A stretch of 64,000 bases of DNA from Arachnia propionica (GTDB taxonomy: Bacteria > Actinomycetota > Actinomycetes > Propionibacteriales > Propionibacteriaceae), in assembly GCA_002748325.1 (NCBI GenBank), contig PDSD01000038.1, positions 4,523-68,522 of the forward strand, written 5' to 3'. Position numbers and translations under genes: made by a program. The notes beneath the pieces were generated by a model. It was not told the origin of the DNA, searched no databases, and saw only the letters and a program-made list of their open reading frames with translations. Shown piece by piece: positions 31,732 to 41,589 of the stretch. Every line of letters starts with the position of its first letter. Positions within the stretch are counted from its first letter, which is position 1.

Positions 31732-32801
31732 CAGCTGGCCGCCGAGATGATGCCGGAACAAACCACCCGATCGCCGTCGTAGGCCACCAGGGTTTGGCCT
31801 GGCGCGATCCCCAGCGCTGGCTGTGCCAACTCGGCCAGCATCTGCCCATCTTGGTAACGAACCTGTGCGGGCACGGGCGTCGAATGTGCGCGAAACTGGA
31901 CTAGGCCTTGCCAAGCGGCCGCGACCGGCGATTGTGGCCACGAGATCCGATCGGCGCGAAGCTCGGTTACGGCCAGGTCGTCCTTGCTGCCCACGACGAC
32001 GTCTCGGGCGACCGGATCCAACCGCAGCACATAGCGTGGTTTGCCGTCCGCGGCAGGCACCCGCAGCGACAGGCCCTTGCGCTGGCCGACCGTGTAGTTG
32101 TGAGTGCCGTCATGGGTGCCAAGCTGGGTGCCATCGGCGGTCACTATCCGCCCCGGCGCCTGGCCCAGCTCCTTGGTCAAGAATGCTTGGGTGTTGCCGT
32201 CTGGGATGAAACAGATGTCGGTCGAGTCAGGCTTGCTCGCGACGCCCAGCCCGAGGCGTTGCGCTTCGTCGCGAACGTCGGTTTTCTCATCCTCGGCTAG
32301 CGGGAACCAGCAGCGCTGCAACTGCTGCTGATTCAGCCTGGCCAGCACATAGGACTGATCCTTTCGCATGTCAGCTGCGCGGTGCAGGGCCACGCCGGGT
32401 GGCGTTGGCACCAGCTTTGCGTAGTGGCCTGTGGCCACCTTGTCGTAGCCTTGCTCGACAGCCCGATCGAGCAGCGCGGCGAACTTGATCCGCTCGTTGC
32501 AGCGCAGGCACGGATTCGGCGTACGCCCGGCACGATACTCGTCCAGAAAATCAGTGAGGATCTCGCGTTGGAACTGCTGCGAGAAATCCCAGACCGCAAA
32601 GCCGATGTTCAGCTGGGCGGCTACTTTGCGAGCATCCTCGACATCGGTCGGCGAAGCACAGCCGCGAGCGACCACGCTATCGGTGCCGGCGTTTTTGTGC
32701 AGCGCCAGATGCACCCCCAACACCTCGTGCCCGGCGGCTGCTACCCGAGCGGCGACGACGGCCGAATCGACCCCGCCTGATAGTGCGACGACAACCCGCA
32801 T
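31731..32801 (-). CDS. mnmA: tRNA 2-thiouridylase MnmA
   Basis: ALSGGVDS, TPNPCLRCN, ATGHYA, KDQSYVL, YTVGQRKG; SD GAAGGAGG. Confidence 0.97.
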   Translation of the reverse strand: MRVVVALSGGVDSAVVAARVAAAGHEVLGVHLALHKNAGTDSVVARGCASPTDVEDARKVAAQLNIGFAVWDFSQQFQREILTDFLDEYRAGRTPNPCLRCNERIKFAALLDRAVEQGYDKVATGHYAKLVPTPPGVALHRAADMRKDQSYVLARLNQQQLQRCWFPLAEDEKTDVRDEAQRLGLGVASKPDSTDICFIPDGNTQAFLTKELGQAPGRIVTADGTQLGTHDGTHNYTVGQRKGLSLRVPAADGKPRYVLRLDPVARDVVVGSKDDLAVTELRADRISWPQSPVAAAWQGLVQFRAHSTPVPAQVRYQDGQMLAELAQPALGIAPGQTLVAYDGDRVVCSGIISAAS

Positions 32802-32805
32802 CTCG

Positions 32806-32935
32806 CCTCCTTCGCTGTGAGTTGGGCACCGTCGGGTAAGCCTAGCTTGTCGGTCACCGCGGTGCCGAGTCACAGCCGAGTCTGCCGAGGCAGGCCCAGA
32901 TCCGGCTGAATCGCTGCCAGCTTTAACCGGAATCG
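32806..32935 (-). promoter_or_regulatory. candidate structured 5' leader (three hairpins) upstream of mnmA
   Basis: Nested inverted repeats GCTGTGA/TCACAGC and GGCACCG/CGGTGCC, plus CTGCC/GGCAG and TCCGG/CCGGA. Confidence 0.45.
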
Positions 32936-32979
32936 TCGTGAAACATGGCAAAATGTCGCCGTTAACTAAGAAAGAAACC

Positions 32980-35034
32980 ATGGCGAGACAACAAGCGATC
33001 AGGCTCGGCGCAGAACTGCTGCCCGGCGGAGCCCGGTTTGCACTCTGGGCTCCCCGCGCGGCCCGAGTGCAGGTCTGTTTTCCAAACGACAACCGCGTCG
33101 ACCTGACCCCACACAGCGACGGCATCTGGCACGGCTTCGTACCTGGAGTTGCAGCCGGACAGGCCTACGGCTTCCGGGTGGACGGCCCGTGGGACCCGGC
33201 GGCCGGGTTGCGGCTTAACCCGGCCAGGCTGCTAGTCGATCCCTATGCTCGCCAGCTGCGTGGCGGCATGGACTACGACGGGCCGTATCTCGACCACGTT
33301 GCCGGAGATATCAATCGTTTCAATCCCGCCGACTCTGTCGGCACCGTGCCCTGGAGCGTGGTCGTGGCTGACTCAGATCCGCCCCGGCCACTGGCTCGAC
33401 CAAAGCAGTTGAGCGACTCGGTCATCTACGAGCTGCACGTTCGCGGCTTCACCATGAATCATCCACGAGTGCCCGAACAACTACGGGGAACCTACTTGGG
33501 CTTAGCTCGCGAGGCAGTAATCGAATACCTGCTGGAGCTAGGCATCACCGCTGTCGAGCTGTTGCCGGTTCAGCATTTCGTTTCGGAGCCCTTCCTGGCT
33601 CACAAGGGGCTACGCAACTATTGGGGCTACAACACCGCCAGTTTCTTCGCCCCACATGCGGCCTATTCGGCTACCGGTGATCCGGTCAGCGAGTTCAAGA
33701 CCATGGTTTCAGCGTTCCACGACGCTGGTATCGAGGTCATCCTCGACGTCGTCTACAACCACACCGCGGAAAGCGGCGATGGCGGGCCCACACTGTCCTA
33801 CCGGGCCATCGATCAGGATCAGTATTACCGCTTCTGGAACGGCGGGCGCAGCTACTGCGATGTCACCGGTTGCGGCAATTCGCTCGACACGTCTCAGCCG
33901 CAGGTACAAGCCATGATTATGGATTCACTTCGCTATTGGGCAACTGACATGGGAGTCGACGGATTCCGATTCGATCTGGCAACCACGCTTATCCGGGATC
34001 AAGACCACCGGGTCAACCACTCCCACCCGCTGAAACAGCAACTGGAAACCGATCCAATACTGCGAGAAACCAAGCTAATCGTTGAGCCATGGGATCTAGG
34101 CTCAGACGGTTACCAAGTCGGCAATTGGGGGCCGCGATGGTCGGAATGGAACGACCGTTTCCGGGACGCTATCCGCGACTTTTGGCTCGCCGGCCCCACC
34201 GGGGTACAGCATTTGGCTACCCGGCTTTGCGGTTCCCCAGACCTATTCGGGCCACGAGGTTGTCCGCCGCAAGCCAGCATCAACTACATCACCGCCCACG
34301 ACGGTTTCACGCTGCGCGATGTGGTGAGCTACAACCACAAACACAATGAGGCCAACGGCGAGGCCAACCACGACGGCAGCAGCCACAATCGCAGCTTTAA
34401 CCACGGCATTGAAGGACCAACCGACGACCCGGCGATCCGCGCCGTGCGCACTCGGCAGGCTCGCAACCTGCTTGCCACGTTATTGCTGGCTGCAGGGGTG
34501 CCCATGATCACCGCAGGCGATGAATTCGGCCGAACCCAGTTGGGCAACAACAACGCCTATTGTCAGGATTCGCCAATCTCCTGGGTGTCTTGGACTGACG
34601 ATGGCGATTGGAGCGAGAACCGCGAGCGAATCGCAGACCTGCTCGCCCTGCGCGCCAACGAGCCGCTGCTGCGGCAAACGCACTTCCTAAATGACCACAA
34701 TCCGATCGACCAGGCTACGGGCCGATGCGAACTCACCTGGGTCAACGAACAAGGAACTGCCATGCAAGAGGGCGACTGGTGGGACCAATCGCGCCGCACG
34801 CTGGGCCGCTATCTAGTTGACCAGGACCACGCGTTGCTGGTTTGGTTCCACTCTGGGCACGATCCCATCCAGGTTCGACTCCCAGATTTCCCCTGGGCCA
34901 ACGGCTACCAACTGCGCTGGCACTCCGCAGAGCAGGCGGAGTTCCCCGAGCACAACTTCGCCCCAGGCCAACAGTTGCGGTTGCCTGGGCGCTGCGTAGC
35001 GATACTAACCGCGCAGCTCTCGGCTAGTGAATAA
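32980..35034 (+). CDS. glgX: glycogen debranching enzyme
   Basis: YELHVRGF, NYWGYN, DVVYNHT, DGFRFDLA, EPWD, AHDGFTL, GNNNAYCQD. Confidence 0.96.
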   Translation: MARQQAIRLGAELLPGGARFALWAPRAARVQVCFPNDNRVDLTPHSDGIWHGFVPGVAAGQAYGFRVDGPWDPAAGLRLNPARLLVDPYARQLRGGMDYDGPYLDHVAGDINRFNPADSVGTVPWSVVVADSDPPRPLARPKQLSDSVIYELHVRGFTMNHPRVPEQLRGTYLGLAREAVIEYLLELGITAVELLPVQHFVSEPFLAHKGLRNYWGYNTASFFAPHAAYSATGDPVSEFKTMVSAFHDAGIEVILDVVYNHTAESGDGGPTLSYRAIDQDQYYRFWNGGRSYCDVTGCGNSLDTSQPQVQAMIMDSLRYWATDMGVDGFRFDLATTLIRDQDHRVNHSHPLKQQLETDPILRETKLIVEPWDLGSDGYQVGNWGPRWSEWNDRFRDAIRDFWLAGPTGVQHLATRLCGSPDLFGPRGCPPQASINYITAHDGFTLRDVVSYNHKHNEANGEANHDGSSHNRSFNHGIEGPTDDPAIRAVRTRQARNLLATLLLAAGVPMITAGDEFGRTQLGNNNAYCQDSPISWVSWTDDGDWSENRERIADLLALRANEPLLRQTHFLNDHNPIDQATGRCELTWVNEQGTAMQEGDWWDQSRRTLGRYLVDQDHALLVWFHSGHDPIQVRLPDFPWANGYQLRWHSAEQAEFPEHNFAPGQQLRLPGRCVAILTAQLSASE

Positions 35035-37573
35035 CCGCAGCTAGGCCCAACTCTGCCGGATCGGCGAGCAGCGGATGCGATGGCACCACCCTGGCCGAGC
35101 AACCGATGTGGCCGGGATGAAGCGCGGCTATGGTCACTGCGAAGCGGGTCAGTCCCTCGGCTGAGGCGCCGGCCTCCGCTTGGTAGATCCGAAGATCATG
35201 CAGCTGATCGTCATTATCAACATCGCCAACGATCACTTGCACCGCGACATCGTCTGTGGTCAACGCGCCAAGCTGGACGTCGACGCTCACGCGCAACTCG
35301 TCGCCGGTGTCGATCTGCCCGGTAACTCCTATGTCCATAGCTGCAACTTCGACTGATCCCCACTCGCGGCGGACGCGAGCCTTCCAGGCGGCCAGTTCCG
35401 CCACGGTCTGTTCGTCGGTCAGCTTCGCGGCCGAGATGGCAGCCGGGGTGTACATGGTCACCAGGTAGTCGCGCACCATCCGGGAAGCCAGCACATTTGG
35501 TGCCAGATCAGCGATGTTGTTTCGCATCATCTCCAGCCACTGCGTCGGATTGTGATTCGCGTCAACCGTGTAGAAGGCCGGAATGATCTCATTCTCGATC
35601 AAGCTGTACAGGTACTCGGCCTCGAGGGCGTCGCGTTCCGCGGAATCTTCGATCTTGTCCACGGAGGGAATCTCCCAGCCAAACGCTGGGTCGTAGAGTT
35701 CGTCCCACCAACCGTCGCGGATTGACAGGTTCGCCGCCCCGTTCATTGCGGCCTTCATCCCGGAAGTACCGCAAGCTTCGTAGGGGCGCAACGGATTGTT
35801 TACCCACACATCGCAACCGGGGTATAGCCGCTTGGCCAGGCCCATGTCGTAGTCCGGTAGGAAAACCAGCTTGCCGCGCACGTCGGGCTGATCGGCGAAC
35901 TGGACCATCTCCTGCAACAGTGACTTTCCAATATTGTCCGCCGGATGTGCCTTGCCCGCGATCACGATCTGGATCGGCGTCGTTGGGTGATTAAGCAATG
36001 CCTTTAACCGGTCGGGCTGCTTAAGCATCAGCGTCAGCCGCTTATAGGACGCAGCTCGCCTAGCGAACCCGAGGGTCAACACCTGTGGGTTGAGTGCCGT
36101 GGCTGCCCAATCACCGGGGAGCCCGCGGGTGCGGCAAGACTCAGCCAATACCTCGCGCGCGGTTTGGATCATGGTGGCCCGCATACGGCGCTTGAGCCCC
36201 CACAGCACGTCGTCGCTGACCGATCTGATCGCGGACCAGTCGTAGCCGTCGACCACCGTCTCCGAATCACCGGTGCGAGCAGCTAGCAGTTCCAACAGCT
36301 CGGGATGGACCCAGGTGCGATGGTGCACGCCGTTGGTTACCGAGCCGATTGGCACTTCAGTACCGTCGAAGTCTGGCCATAGCGGCTGGAACATCTCCTG
36401 CGAGACCTCACCGTGCAGTTGCGACACACCGTTTGCCCGCTGGCCAAGCCGCAGCCCAAGCACCGCCATGTTGTAGCGAGAAGCATCGCCGCCGTCATAG
36501 TCTTCGGCACCCCAAGCCAGGATTTGCTCGATACCGATGCGGGAATCGAAGTGGGCGAATTGTCGCTCAACCAGCTGCCGGTCGAACCGGTCGATGCCAG
36601 CGGGAACCGGGGTATGGGTGGTGAAGACGGTCGCCGCCCGAGTGAGCTCCACGGCTGCGTCGAGGCTGTGCCCGGCGTCCAAATATTCGCGGATTCGCTC
36701 GAAACCCAAGAAGCCAGCGTGACCCTCGTTGCAGTGATACACGTCAGCCGGTGCATGCCCGGTGATTTCGCAGTAGCGACGCAGTGCCCGCACCCCGCCG
36801 ATGCCCAGCAACACTTCTTGGGCCAACCGGTGGTCGGTGCCGCCGCCGTACAACCGGTCGGTGATGTCGCGGCTGGCTGGATCGTTGTCATCGCGATCTG
36901 TGTCGAGCATCAGCAGCGGAATCCGCCCGACCTCAGCGATCCAAATCGACGCGTGGACCTCACGGCCGTAAACGTCGACAGTGATGCTTTGTGGTTCGCC
37001 GTCAGCATTCAGCAGCGGCCGTACCGGCAACTCGTTCGAGGCGAGCACCGGGTAGCGTTCCTGCTGCCAGCCAGCGGCATTGAGCGACTGTCGGAAATAG
37101 CCGTGTCGATACATCAGCCCGATGCCAATCAGCGGCAGTCCCAAATCCGAAGCCGCTTTCAAATGGTCGCCAGCCAGGATTCCCAAGCCGCCGGAGTACT
37201 GTGGCAGCACCTCGGAGACGCCAAACTCAGCCGAGAAGTAAGCAATCGACTTGGGCGCCTGCGGGTTAGTTTTCGCATACGACTGAAACCACAACTCCGA
37301 GGTCAGGTAGTTGTCCAGATCTTCAATCTGTAACGCGAGATTTCGCGAAAACACCGCGTCTTTTGCCAGCTGTTCGATCCGCTGCGTGCTTAAACCTGCC
37401 AGTAGCTTTACTGGGTCGTGGTGAACCTCTTCCCACAACGTCGGATCAACTGCTCGGAACAGGTCTTGAGTGTCTTGATTCCAGCTCCACCTAAGGTTAC
37501 GAGCCAGCCGGTCTAGCGAACTTAGCCCTGCTGGGAGCATGGGCTGAACTGTAAAACGTCGGTATGCGTGCAC
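35024..37573 (-). CDS. glgP: alpha-glucan phosphorylase
   Basis: YSGGLGILAGD, HCNEGH, TNGVH, EACGTSGMKA; start GTG 37573 or ATG 37579. Confidence 0.96.
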   Translation of the reverse strand: MHAYRRFTVQPMLPAGLSSLDRLARNLRWSWNQDTQDLFRAVDPTLWEEVHHDPVKLLAGLSTQRIEQLAKDAVFSRNLALQIEDLDNYLTSELWFQSYAKTNPQAPKSIAYFSAEFGVSEVLPQYSGGLGILAGDHLKAASDLGLPLIGIGLMYRHGYFRQSLNAAGWQQERYPVLASNELPVRPLLNADGEPQSITVDVYGREVHASIWIAEVGRIPLLMLDTDRDDNDPASRDITDRLYGGGTDHRLAQEVLLGIGGVRALRRYCEITGHAPADVYHCNEGHAGFLGFERIREYLDAGHSLDAAVELTRAATVFTTHTPVPAGIDRFDRQLVERQFAHFDSRIGIEQILAWGAEDYDGGDASRYNMAVLGLRLGQRANGVSQLHGEVSQEMFQPLWPDFDGTEVPIGSVTNGVHHRTWVHPELLELLAARTGDSETVVDGYDWSAIRSVSDDVLWGLKRRMRATMIQTAREVLAESCRTRGLPGDWAATALNPQVLTLGFARRAASYKRLTLMLKQPDRLKALLNHPTTPIQIVIAGKAHPADNIGKSLLQEMVQFADQPDVRGKLVFLPDYDMGLAKRLYPGCDVWVNNPLRPYEACGTSGMKAAMNGAANLSIRDGWWDELYDPAFGWEIPSVDKIEDSAERDALEAEYLYSLIENEIIPAFYTVDANHNPTQWLEMMRNNIADLAPNVLASRMVRDYLVTMYTPAAISAAKLTDEQTVAELAAWKARVRREWGSVEVAAMDIGVTGQIDTGDELRVSVDVQLGALTTDDVAVQVIVGDVDNDDQLHDLRIYQAEAGASAEGLTRFAVTIAALHPGHIGCSARVVPSHPLLADPAELGLAAVIH

Positions 37574-37652
37574 CCGCATAATCTAGTGGGTTAACAACAC
37601 TATTGACGAATGCGGGCACCAATGAGCGGATCTGGGCGCTAGTGTGAGTGGC

Positions 37653-39656
37653 GTGAAGCCACGTGTAGCGCCAAGCAGCCTTCAACAGATCCAGCGAAGG
37701 ACCGGAGGCCTTGGCCGCATTCCGGTTACCGACGTTGCCCCCCGCGTCGAAAACGGCACCTACCCAGTCAAGGCCGTCCCGCACGAGCGGATTTTGATCG
37801 CCGCCACCGTCTTCCGGGAGGGCCATGACGCGGTGAACGCGTCGGTTATCCTCACCTCGCCAAGCGGTAAGCAACGCCGGATCGACATGGTCCAAGTTGA
37901 GCCCAAAGGTCTGGACAGGTGGCAGGCGCATGTGCGGATGGCCGAGCTCGGCGATTGGAGCTTTCGAGTAGAAGGTTGGTCGGATCCCTGGCTCACCTGG
38001 CAACACAACGCGAAGATCAAACTTGTGATTGGCCAAGACGTTGACCTGATGCGTGCCGAGGGGCTCTCACTGTTCGAGAAAGCGGCTGCCAACGCGGAAG
38101 CCGAGCACACCAGTTCGGCCGCTCAGCTGCTTAGGGCAGCCGCTGAATCGATGCGCGCTGACACCCCAGCCGAAGAGATCCTGGAGTTGGTCACGGCCCG
38201 GCCATTCGAACGGGCAATGGCAAGGTTTGGCCCCCGCGAGCACGTCTCCGCGACCGCCGAATACCCCATCCGGGTAGAGCGACGCCGCAGCCTGTATTCC
38301 TCCTGGTATGAGTTCTTTCCTCGCTCGCAGGGCGCTTGGGTTGATGATGAAGGCAATTGGCATTCTGGCACCTTCGATAGCTCGCATGAGCGGCTCGAAG
38401 CGGCCGCAGCGATGGGCTTCCATGTGGTCTATCTGCCACCAATCCATCCCATTGGGCAAGCTTTCCGCAAGGGACCCAACAACTCGTTAAACCCGGAGCC
38501 TGGCGATCCAGGCTCCCCCTGGGCGATTGGGTCTGCGGCTGGTGGCCATGACGCGATCCACCCTGAACTCGGCGATTTCAAGTCGTTTAAAAAGTTCATC
38601 GCCAAAGCCAAGTCGCTTGGACTGGAAGTGGCCATTGATCTTGCGCTGCAAGCTTCCCCCGACCACCCGTGGGTTACTGAGCACCCGCAGTGGTTTTCCA
38701 CCCGCGCAGACGGCACGATCGCTTATGCGGAGAATCCGCCGAAGAAGTACCAGGACATTTATCCGCTCAACTTCGACAACGATCCCGAAGGCATCTACGC
38801 AGAGGTGCTGCGGCTCGTGCGGTTCTGGGCCGACTTGGGCGTCACGGTCTTTAGAGTCGACAATCCCCATACCAAGCCAGTCGAATTCTGGGACTGGCTG
38901 CTGGCCAAAGTGCACGAAAGCCGCCCTGATGTGATCTTCCTGGCTGAAGCATTCACCAAACCAGCCATGATGAAAGCGCTTGGCGTGGTTGGCTTCCAGC
39001 AGTCCTACACCTACTTCACCTGGCGAGTAACCAAATACGAGCTGAGCGAGTACCTGGTGCAGCTGTCCGGCGAGATGGCTGCTTACTATCGGCCGAACTT
39101 CTTTGTTAACACCCCCGACATCAACCCATTCCATCTGCAGTCTGGCAACCCAGCTGCCTTCGCGATCCGGGCCATTCTCGCGGCCACGATGTCGCCGTCG
39201 TGGGGGGTGTATTCCGGCTTTGAGCTGTTTGAGCATGTGCCCAACGAACCGGGGCGTGAGGAGTACCTGGACTCGGAGAAGTACCAATATCGGCCTCGTG
39301 ACTACTACGCCCAGCCGAACCTCAACCTCCTGATCGGCCGACTAAATGAGATTCGGGAGCAACACCCTGCGCTGCAGCAGCTACGAGATGTGCGACTGGT
39401 CGAAACCCAGCATGACGATGTGCTCGCCTTCGCCAAGTTCGACGGCGAGGACGTGGTGCTGACGGTCTGCAGCCTGAATGTGGAAAACAGCGTCGAGACC
39501 ACCGTGTACCTTGATCTGGCGCGCTTCGGCTTCGACCCAACCAGGCCAGTTAAAGCCCTGGACGAACTCTCGGGACAGACCTATAGCTGGTCTGCAGCCA
39601 ACTTTGTCCGGCTGAGCCCGGGACAACCAGCCCATATCCTCAGCCTCAGCCAATGA
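37653..39656 (+). CDS. glgE: alpha-1,4-glucan:maltose-1-phosphate maltosyltransferase
   Basis: VFREGHDAV, WYEFFPRS, AENPPKKYQDIYP, FRVDNPHTKP, FLAEAFT, NTPDI. Confidence 0.97.
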   Translation: MKPRVAPSSLQQIQRRTGGLGRIPVTDVAPRVENGTYPVKAVPHERILIAATVFREGHDAVNASVILTSPSGKQRRIDMVQVEPKGLDRWQAHVRMAELGDWSFRVEGWSDPWLTWQHNAKIKLVIGQDVDLMRAEGLSLFEKAAANAEAEHTSSAAQLLRAAAESMRADTPAEEILELVTARPFERAMARFGPREHVSATAEYPIRVERRRSLYSSWYEFFPRSQGAWVDDEGNWHSGTFDSSHERLEAAAAMGFHVVYLPPIHPIGQAFRKGPNNSLNPEPGDPGSPWAIGSAAGGHDAIHPELGDFKSFKKFIAKAKSLGLEVAIDLALQASPDHPWVTEHPQWFSTRADGTIAYAENPPKKYQDIYPLNFDNDPEGIYAEVLRLVRFWADLGVTVFRVDNPHTKPVEFWDWLLAKVHESRPDVIFLAEAFTKPAMMKALGVVGFQQSYTYFTWRVTKYELSEYLVQLSGEMAAYYRPNFFVNTPDINPFHLQSGNPAAFAIRAILAATMSPSWGVYSGFELFEHVPNEPGREEYLDSEKYQYRPRDYYAQPNLNLLIGRLNEIREQHPALQQLRDVRLVETQHDDVLAFAKFDGEDVVLTVCSLNVENSVETTVYLDLARFGFDPTRPVKALDELSGQTYSWSAANFVRLSPGQPAHILSLSQ

Positions 39657-39690
39657 GACCCGCTAGCAGCACCACAGCGAAGGAGATGTC

Positions 39691-41589
39691 ATGAAGCACG
39701 ACCTATTCGGCGGTCTGACCGGTCAAGACCTCGAGGGATTCCATTCTGGCGGCGACACTGAACTGTGGAAACGACTTGGCAGCCATGTGTTGACCATCCC
39801 CGACGAGGATGATGGCGAGGTAACCGGGGTACGATTTGCGGTTTGGGCGCCGAACGCGAAGGCCGTGCAGCTATTGGCCGATGTCAATTCATGGCAAGGA
39901 ACTGACATGCAACTAGTGCCCGGCTCCGGGGTTTGGGCGGTCTTTGTACCCGGCATCGGCGATGGCACCTTGTACAAGTACCGCATCCTTTGCGCTGACG
40001 ATGTGTGGCGGGAGAAAGTCGACCCGTTGGCGCGGTTCAGCGAGCAAGCACCCGCGAATGCTTCGATCGTTTACACCTCCGCCTACGAATGGTCCGATGA
40101 CCAGTGGCTGGCTCGTCGAGGCGAGATGACGGCGCACAAGGAACCGATCAGCGTCTACGAAGTGCACCTTGGCGGCTGGCGGCAAGGCAAGTCCTACCTA
40201 GATCTGGCCGATGAGTTGGTCTCCTACGTAGCCTGGCAGGGCTTCACCCATGTCGAGTTCATGCCGCTGGCCGAACACCCATTCGCTCCGTCGTGGGGCT
40301 ACCAGGTCTCCGGCTACTTCTCCCCCACCTCCCGCTTCGGCAAGCCCGACGATCTGCGCTATCTCATTGACCGGCTTCATCAGGCCGGTATCGGCGTAAT
40401 CATGGACTGGGTTCCCGGCCACTTCCCCAAGGATGACTGGGCGCTCGGCCGGTTTGACGGCACCGCCCTGTATGAGCATGCCGATCCGCGCCAAGGCGAA
40501 CACAAGGACTGGGGCACCTACATTTTCAACTACTCCCGCAACGAGGTTAAGAGCTTCCTGGTCTCGAATGCCCTGTACTGGTTGCGCGAGTTTCACATCG
40601 ATGGGCTGCGAGTCGATGCCGTCGCCTCCATGCTCTACCTCGACTATTCGCGCAACGAGGGCGAATGGGTTCCCAACGAATTTGGCGGGCGCGAGAACCT
40701 CGCCGCGATTGATTTCCTGCGCTACACGAATCGCCACATGTACGAGCGCGAGCCTGGCGTAATGATGATCGCCGAGGAATCGACAAGCTTCCCCGGCGTC
40801 ACCAAACCAGTGCATGAAGGCGGGCTCGGATTCGGCTTCAAATGGAACATGGGCTGGATGAACGATTCGCTGCGGTATCTGGCGCTTGACCCGATCTATC
40901 GGCAGTACGAGCACCATCTCATGACCTTCGCGATGGTTTATGCCTACTCCGAAAACTTTGTGCTGCCGATCAGCCACGACGAGGTGGTGCACGGCAAGGG
41001 GTCGATGCTGAACAAGGTTCCGCAGGACGACTGGCGACGGTTCGCTACCTTGCGCGCCTACTACGCCTTCATGTGGTCTTTCCCCGGCAAGCAGTTGCTG
41101 TTCATGGGATCCGAATTCGGCCATCGGCCCGAGTTCAACGAGTCCACCAGCCTGGAATGGTGGGTAGATGCGCTGTGGGGCCACGGCGGTCTGCAGCGTC
41201 TGATCCGCGATCTGAACCGCATCTACCGGGCCAATCCGGCGCTTTACCAGCTCGACAGCGAATCCGCTGGATTCACCTGGATCAACGCAGACGATCCGCA
41301 ACACAACACTTTCAGCTGGGTACGTCACGACGAGGACGGCTCGGCCATCGCCTGCATCACAAACTTTTCGCCAGAGCCGCTGCCCGAGTACGTGATTGGC
41401 CTGCCTGCGGCGGGCACTTGGGAGGAGATTCTCAACACCGATGTCGCCACTTACGACGGCTCTGGCCAATACGGCAATCTCGGCGCGGTGCAGGCAGAAG
41501 AAAAACCATGGGGACATTTCCCGGCTACTGCCCAGGTTTGCGTGCCACCGCTAGGCGCGGTGTGGCTGCGATGGGAACCGCGTGAGTGA
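39691..41589 (+). CDS. glgB: 1,4-alpha-glucan branching enzyme
   Basis: FAVWAPNA, YEVHLG, WGYQ, DGLRVDAVASM, AEEST, SHDEVVHGK. Confidence 0.97.
   Translation: MKHDLFGGLTGQDLEGFHSGGDTELWKRLGSHVLTIPDEDDGEVTGVRFAVWAPNAKAVQLLADVNSWQGTDMQLVPGSGVWAVFVPGIGDGTLYKYRILCADDVWREKVDPLARFSEQAPANASIVYTSAYEWSDDQWLARRGEMTAHKEPISVYEVHLGGWRQGKSYLDLADELVSYVAWQGFTHVEFMPLAEHPFAPSWGYQVSGYFSPTSRFGKPDDLRYLIDRLHQAGIGVIMDWVPGHFPKDDWALGRFDGTALYEHADPRQGEHKDWGTYIFNYSRNEVKSFLVSNALYWLREFHIDGLRVDAVASMLYLDYSRNEGEWVPNEFGGRENLAAIDFLRYTNRHMYEREPGVMMIAEESTSFPGVTKPVHEGGLGFGFKWNMGWMNDSLRYLALDPIYRQYEHHLMTFAMVYAYSENFVLPISHDEVVHGKGSMLNKVPQDDWRRFATLRAYYAFMWSFPGKQLLFMGSEFGHRPEFNESTSLEWWVDALWGHGGLQRLIRDLNRIYRANPALYQLDSESAGFTWINADDPQHNTFSWVRHDEDGSAIACITNFSPEPLPEYVIGLPAAGTWEEILNTDVATYDGSGQYGNLGAVQAEEKPWGHFPATAQVCVPPLGAVWLRWEPRE

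Noticed and set aside
32961-37595. GTTAAC in both the glgX and glgP/glgE promoter regions
   Set aside because: Only a 6-bp palindrome with dissimilar flanks, also present inside coding sequence
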